Source: Candidatus Hydrogenedentota bacterium | GTDB lineage: Bacteria; Hydrogenedentota; Hydrogenedentia; Hydrogenedentales; SLHB01 | Direction of reading: 5' to 3' | Assembly (NCBI GenBank): GCA_045863335.1 | Contig: BTVY01000022.1 | Location: 1-64,000, forward strand | Length of the DNA: 64,000 bases | In this document: in pieces, positions 60,028 to 64,000 of the stretch | How the letters are laid out: each line of letters begins with the position of its first letter | Position numbering within the stretch: position 1 is the first letter of the stretch | Program-made: the position numbers and the translations under genes | Notes under the pieces: model-generated | Databases searched by the model: none | What the model saw: only the letters and a program-made list of their open reading frames with translations | What the model was told of the DNA's origin: nothing

Positions 60028-61104
60028 TCAGGCGACTCTGCTTACCACCCCCGCTTTGACCGAAAACCGGGCGCAATCTTTGGGGAACAGGCCTTCCTTG
60101 TCCGTTAAGTCCGTCGTGGTCATGATGCATTGAACTTGCGCGGGCAGCGTTTCTACCAACCGGCGCGACCGGTTGGCGTCCAGCTCAGAGAAGACATCGT
60201 CGAGCAGGAGGATGGGGTATTCGCCGACGCGCGCGCGGATCAATTCCAGCTCGGCCAGTTTCAACGCAAGCGCGGCGGTCCGCTGTTGCCCTTGCGAGGC
60301 GAAGGGCCGGGCGGCCTTCTCGTCAACGGCGAACAGCATGTCATCGCGATGGGGCCCGTGCGTCGTGACGCCCTGGCGGAGGTCGTTCTCGCGGGACGCG
60401 GCCAGTACTTCGACAAAGGGTGTGCCGTCGCGCACGTCGGGACGGTAGGTGAGCACCATGGGCTCGTGTCCGGCAATGGCCGAATACGCAGCGGCGGCAT
60501 TCGGCGCAAGGGCCTCCACGAACAGCCGGCGTTCGTCAATGAGCACGGTGCCATGCGTGGCGAGTTGTTCATCCCACACGTCCAGCAACGCGGCATCCGG
60601 ACGTGGTTGGCGCAGGAGTTCGTTCCGTTGACGCACGACGTTTCGGTACTGCTGCAAAGCGTGCAGGTATCGCGGGCTGAGTTGCGACAGCTCCATATCG
60701 AGAAAGGTGCGCCGTTGCGACGCCGATCCGCGTACCAGGCCCACGTCTTCGGGCGAGAAGAAGACCACGTTGATCTTCCCCAACAGATCGCTGACGCGCG
60801 TTTGATTGACGCCGTTGACGCGAATGCGTTTGGCGCCCTGCCACCAGATCGCTTCCAGCGAAACCTCGCGATCGCGCCGTTGCACCTGCGCCGCCAGTTT
60901 AAAGCCCGGTTCGCCCCGCCGCACAAGTTCACTTTCCACGTTGGTGCGGTGACTCTTTGACGTGGCAAGGTACTGGATCGCTTCCAGGATGGAGGTTTTC
61001 CCCTGCGCGTTGTCGCCCTGGATGAGGTTCGCCCCCGGTTCCGGCATAAACGACAACTCGACCAGGCCTCGAAAGTTGTCGCAGGTGAGTTCGATCAAAT
61101 GCAT
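60028..61104 (-). CDS. recF: DNA replication and repair protein RecF
   Basis: GDNAQGKTSILEAI, SHRT, GPHRDD, SQGQQR, LLLDDVFSELD. Confidence 0.97.
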   Translation of the reverse strand: MHLIELTCDNFRGLVELSFMPEPGANLIQGDNAQGKTSILEAIQYLATSKSHRTNVESELVRRGEPGFKLAAQVQRRDREVSLEAIWWQGAKRIRVNGVNQTRVSDLLGKINVVFFSPEDVGLVRGSASQRRTFLDMELSQLSPRYLHALQQYRNVVRQRNELLRQPRPDAALLDVWDEQLATHGTVLIDERRLFVEALAPNAAAAYSAIAGHEPMVLTYRPDVRDGTPFVEVLAASRENDLRQGVTTHGPHRDDMLFAVDEKAARPFASQGQQRTAALALKLAELELIRARVGEYPILLLDDVFSELDANRSRRLVETLPAQVQCIMTTTDLTDKEGLFPKDCARFSVKAGVVSRVA

Positions 61105-61198
61105 GGGGTGCTTTCCAATATGCGCAGACGGCCGGGCGGCATTCTATCAACTCACACGGACAAGGAGCGAACGGCGGAACGAGGGGGCATTACAGGCG

Positions 61199-62050
61199 CT
61201 ACGAGGACATTTCGATGAGTTCGTCGACCGAATCCAGCGAGCCAAAGAACTCGTCGAGCAATTTCGGGTAGTCCGAAATCGCGAAGCCGGCCGCGTCCCA
61301 CATCTCGTCCCCGATGTAGCCCGTCGACTTCAGGGCGGACCCGATGCCGCTCATGTTGCAGATGTAATCCGCAACGGCCGTCGTCGCAGCGAGACCCCGC
61401 GCTGCTTCGCTTGGGCACGCGGCCAAACTGTGGTGACCGGCAATCGCGCCGACCAGTTCTTTGGAAAGTCCCCATTGTTGGGCCAAGCGGCTCCCCAGTT
61501 CCGCGTGGTCGACACCGATGATCGACCGCTCCGCCTCGTACAAGGGAATCTCCTTCGCCCGGCTGAGCAATTGGGCGCTCTCCACTTCCTTGGGCAAGAA
61601 CTGCTCCAAGATAATCTTTCCCACATCATGCAGCAGCCCGAACACGAAAGCCTCGTCCTGATCCATGGTGTGGAGCTCCGGGTGCCCCGCGATGAGGATG
61701 CGCATCGCCACCCCACAGCTCACGCTGTGCCGCAGCAAAGCGCCCGTACCCTTGTGGAAGGTATCGAACACGGTCGCGGTGAACGCAAGATTCTTGATGA
61801 CCTTCATCCCAAGCAGGGCCACCGCATGATCCACCGACGTCACCTTGTGGGACAGCCCGTAGTAGGCCGAGTTCACCAGCCGGAGGGTCTTGATCGCCAG
61901 GGCGGGGTCTGCCTGGATGGCCTTGGCCACGTCCGAAAGGCTCGAATCGGGGGCGTTGACGAGTTGGGTGATGCGTGTCACGCTGGAAGGCAAACTGGGA
62001 AGCGTGACGATTTCGTCAAGCAGGGAGTCGATATTGTAGTTTGCGGTCAC
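61199..62050 (-). CDS. HDOD domain protein
   Basis: LPSLP, DPAL...LRLVNSAYYG, GLLHDVGK, DHAELG..L...WGL. Confidence 0.92.
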   Translation of the reverse strand: MTANYNIDSLLDEIVTLPSLPSSVTRITQLVNAPDSSLSDVAKAIQADPALAIKTLRLVNSAYYGLSHKVTSVDHAVALLGMKVIKNLAFTATVFDTFHKGTGALLRHSVSCGVAMRILIAGHPELHTMDQDEAFVFGLLHDVGKIILEQFLPKEVESAQLLSRAKEIPLYEAERSIIGVDHAELGSRLAQQWGLSKELVGAIAGHHSLAACPSEAARGLAATTAVADYICNMSGIGSALKSTGYIGDEMWDAAGFAISDYPKLLDEFFGSLDSVDELIEMSS

Positions 62051-62340
62051 GGCAACTCAATGGGCGTCAGCCCGCTCTCTCCAAAGGCCCGTTCCTGAGT
62101 GCAGAGAATGTCCAGCACCTGGCGGGGATGCATCAGCTTCAACGCATCCATGAGGGGAACTGCCTGGGCGCCTCCGGCGTCCCCGGCCGCAAGCACGACC
62201 ATCGCCCCCTTGGGATTGTCGCGCGGTCCCACCAGGACCACCTTCCCCTCCGAACCGTTGCGGAGCGAAATCGTACCCACAAGTCCGGCGCCCTGCCGCT
62301 TCCAGTCCGTAGCGGAATTCATGGATGGGTTCCCGAACAT
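62047..62340 (-). CDS. Hypothetical protein
   Basis: Stop overlaps the HDOD start (GTGA); start codon uncertain. Confidence 0.45.
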   Translation of the reverse strand: MFGNPSMNSATDWKRQGAGLVGTISLRNGSEGKVVLVGPRDNPKGAMVVLAAGDAGGAQAVPLMDALKLMHPRQVLDILCTQERAFGESGLTPIELP

Positions 62341-62510
62341 GCGTACGGCGCGACGTCCCGGACTGGCCCAAGACGCTTGTTCGACACGGATATGGAATGC
62401 TTCAGCAGGCAGGCTTGCGTAGAGGATGCACTCATTCGAGAGCCCATGTGAATATGCCCGGAAACACGTAACACCGCTTCCCCCTGCGGGAACGGGCCGC
62501 ATTCGCCGTA

Positions 62511-62894
62511 TTAGAAGATGTACTCGGGCTCGAGAATCGGCTCGAAATTGACTTCGAGGTCGGATACCGGGAAGGTGACCATCTCGAAGACGCCGGTACC
62601 CGTGCGTAGAAAGGCCCGCGTCGTCCCCAGCACCGGAACCACACCGACGAGATAGCCCAGCGGCTTCCCTTGCTTGAGTTTTTCGTCGAAGGTGACCGGA
62701 ATCTCCGCCCATCCCAACAGTACGTTGGACAGACCGCGGCCCAGCTTCGTTAATCGCTTTTCAAATCCGGTCGGCGCAGGGATCTCCTGGTCGGGATCGT
62801 ATCCTTCCGCGACCACCGCGAACGGCGCGAGAACGACCACCGCAACCAGCACCATCGCGAAGAACTTCGCCCACGTTTTCTTGAACGCTCCCAC
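62511..62894 (-). CDS. TIGR04073-like (exosortase-system-associated) small protein
   Basis: KLGRGLSNVLLGWAEIP...R...GVFEMVTFP...EPEY; strong RBS. Confidence 0.8.
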   Translation of the reverse strand: MGAFKKTWAKFFAMVLVAVVVLAPFAVVAEGYDPDQEIPAPTGFEKRLTKLGRGLSNVLLGWAEIPVTFDEKLKQGKPLGYLVGVVPVLGTTRAFLRTGTGVFEMVTFPVSDLEVNFEPILEPEYIF

Positions 62895-63154
62895 GTGACC
62901 CTCCTCTCCAGATAAAGAGATACTACGCTTCCGCTTGCGAGCAAAGGCAGTCTAGCACAGGGGAAAACCCTTGTCAATTGTCCCGCGCGGCCCCAATCCA
63001 TCCGCAGCAAAGGTATGCCGCCTGGCCAATTCCGAGTTGCCGACGGATTGTTTTTTGTACAGGATGTGGCATAGGATCGGAACGACAACACAAAATCTTC
63101 GGCTCTTGACAAGCAAGTTGAGATGCCGCACATGCGGGTAGATTGACAGCGATC

Positions 63155-63856
63155 ATGCAACTCGAATTCGCCTTTCGCGATCCGGGGTCGCTCCATAGAG
63201 AACTGGAAAGCCGATCCGGCTTGCGCCTGAATCTGGTTCTTACCGACAACTCCCATACGGTCATGTCGGTGAAGCATCATCCTGTATCCGGCGTCGTCGC
63301 GCTGCGCATGCACCACATGTTCCTGGGGGCGGACCCAGACGTGGTGCAGGCCCTCGCCATCTGGCTCAAGCGGCCATCGTGCCGGCGTTCGGGCGACGTC
63401 ATCGACCGGTTCATTCGCAGCAACCGTCATCTGGTGCGGCGGCGGGCAAACGCCCAGCGCCGCCTCTATCCCGTGGGCGCGGTGTACGACCTCCGCGCGA
63501 TGTACCGCGAAGTGAACGACGCATACTTCAATGGGACCTTGGACGCCGCCATCACCTGGGGCCGCAGGCCGACGGGAAAGAAGCGGCGTTCGATCCGGTT
63601 CGGCAGTTACTCGGTAGAGGAGCATCTAATCCGCATTCACCCTTATCTGGATCGCGTGGAGGTGCCCGAGTTTTTCGTCCGGTACATCGTGTTTCATGAA
63701 ATGCTCCACGCCCACCTCGGGATCGAGGAAAGCCCCACGGGCCGGCGGAAGATCCATACGCCGGAATTCAAACGCCTCGAGCGGACGTATCCCGATTTTG
63801 AACGTGCCGAGGCGTGGCAGGCGAAACCGTCAAACTTGCGAATGCTGTTGCGCTGA
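63155..63856 (+). CDS. SprT-like zinc metalloprotease
   Basis: N..YF.G.L...ITWG, GSY, IRIHP.LD, HEMLH, H..EF. Confidence 0.85.
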   Translation: MQLEFAFRDPGSLHRELESRSGLRLNLVLTDNSHTVMSVKHHPVSGVVALRMHHMFLGADPDVVQALAIWLKRPSCRRSGDVIDRFIRSNRHLVRRRANAQRRLYPVGAVYDLRAMYREVNDAYFNGTLDAAITWGRRPTGKKRRSIRFGSYSVEEHLIRIHPYLDRVEVPEFFVRYIVFHEMLHAHLGIEESPTGRRKIHTPEFKRLERTYPDFERAEAWQAKPSNLRMLLR

Positions 63857-64000
63857 GAGGGCGAAGTATCGTTGTCAGAACCCATCCCGCAAGAGTCCGC
63901 TATTCAACGCCTGGGCAGGCGAGTGCGCTACATCATCGTGCTCCTGAGTTCGGGGTTGCTCGTGATGACCCTTTCCTACCACGCCAGCCTGTGGCGCCTT

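Noticed and set aside
57200-62050. oriC near recF/gyrB
   Set aside because: No DnaA-box cluster or AT-rich unwinding region seen, and dnaA is absent from the window.
63924-64000. Possible start of a membrane protein gene at the right edge
   Set aside because: Too little sequence in the window to support a call.

Overview
GC-rich bacterial chromosomal segment. The gene mix (DUF2961, alginate-export porin, ceramidase-like, DUF1080, TIGR04073-like, chemoreceptor) suggests a diderm such as Ca. Hydrogenedentota or a PVC-like lineage; this is inference only. It is mostly housekeeping and carbohydrate genes: tsaB-rimI-GH116-coaE, a cupin/TIM-barrel/Gfo sugar locus, corA, an ECF sigma/anti-sigma pair, mrp, rarA, crcB, pyrR-pyrB-pyrC, gyrB-gyrA, dciA-like and recF. 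The left end is a small islet beside a tRNA-His, containing an IS-like terminus, a DUF3800 gene and an RM-methyltransferase remnant. Best candidates for new biology: (1) an unannotated ~70-nt structured small RNA with its own promoter, bulged-G motif and terminator, convergent with the DUF3800 gene; (2) a GxxExxY nuclease gene framed exactly by 40-bp inverted repeats that contain its start and stop codons, plus a gene-less relative elsewhere in the window; (3) a tRNA-His with no encoded G-1 and with G1.U72/A73; (4) a stand-alone Cys-rich 59-aa peptide gene with a long structured leader. At least six distinct intergenic REP/MITE-like repeat families are also present. No CRISPR array or rRNA was seen. 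All family assignments are from motif recognition by eye, not database searches.
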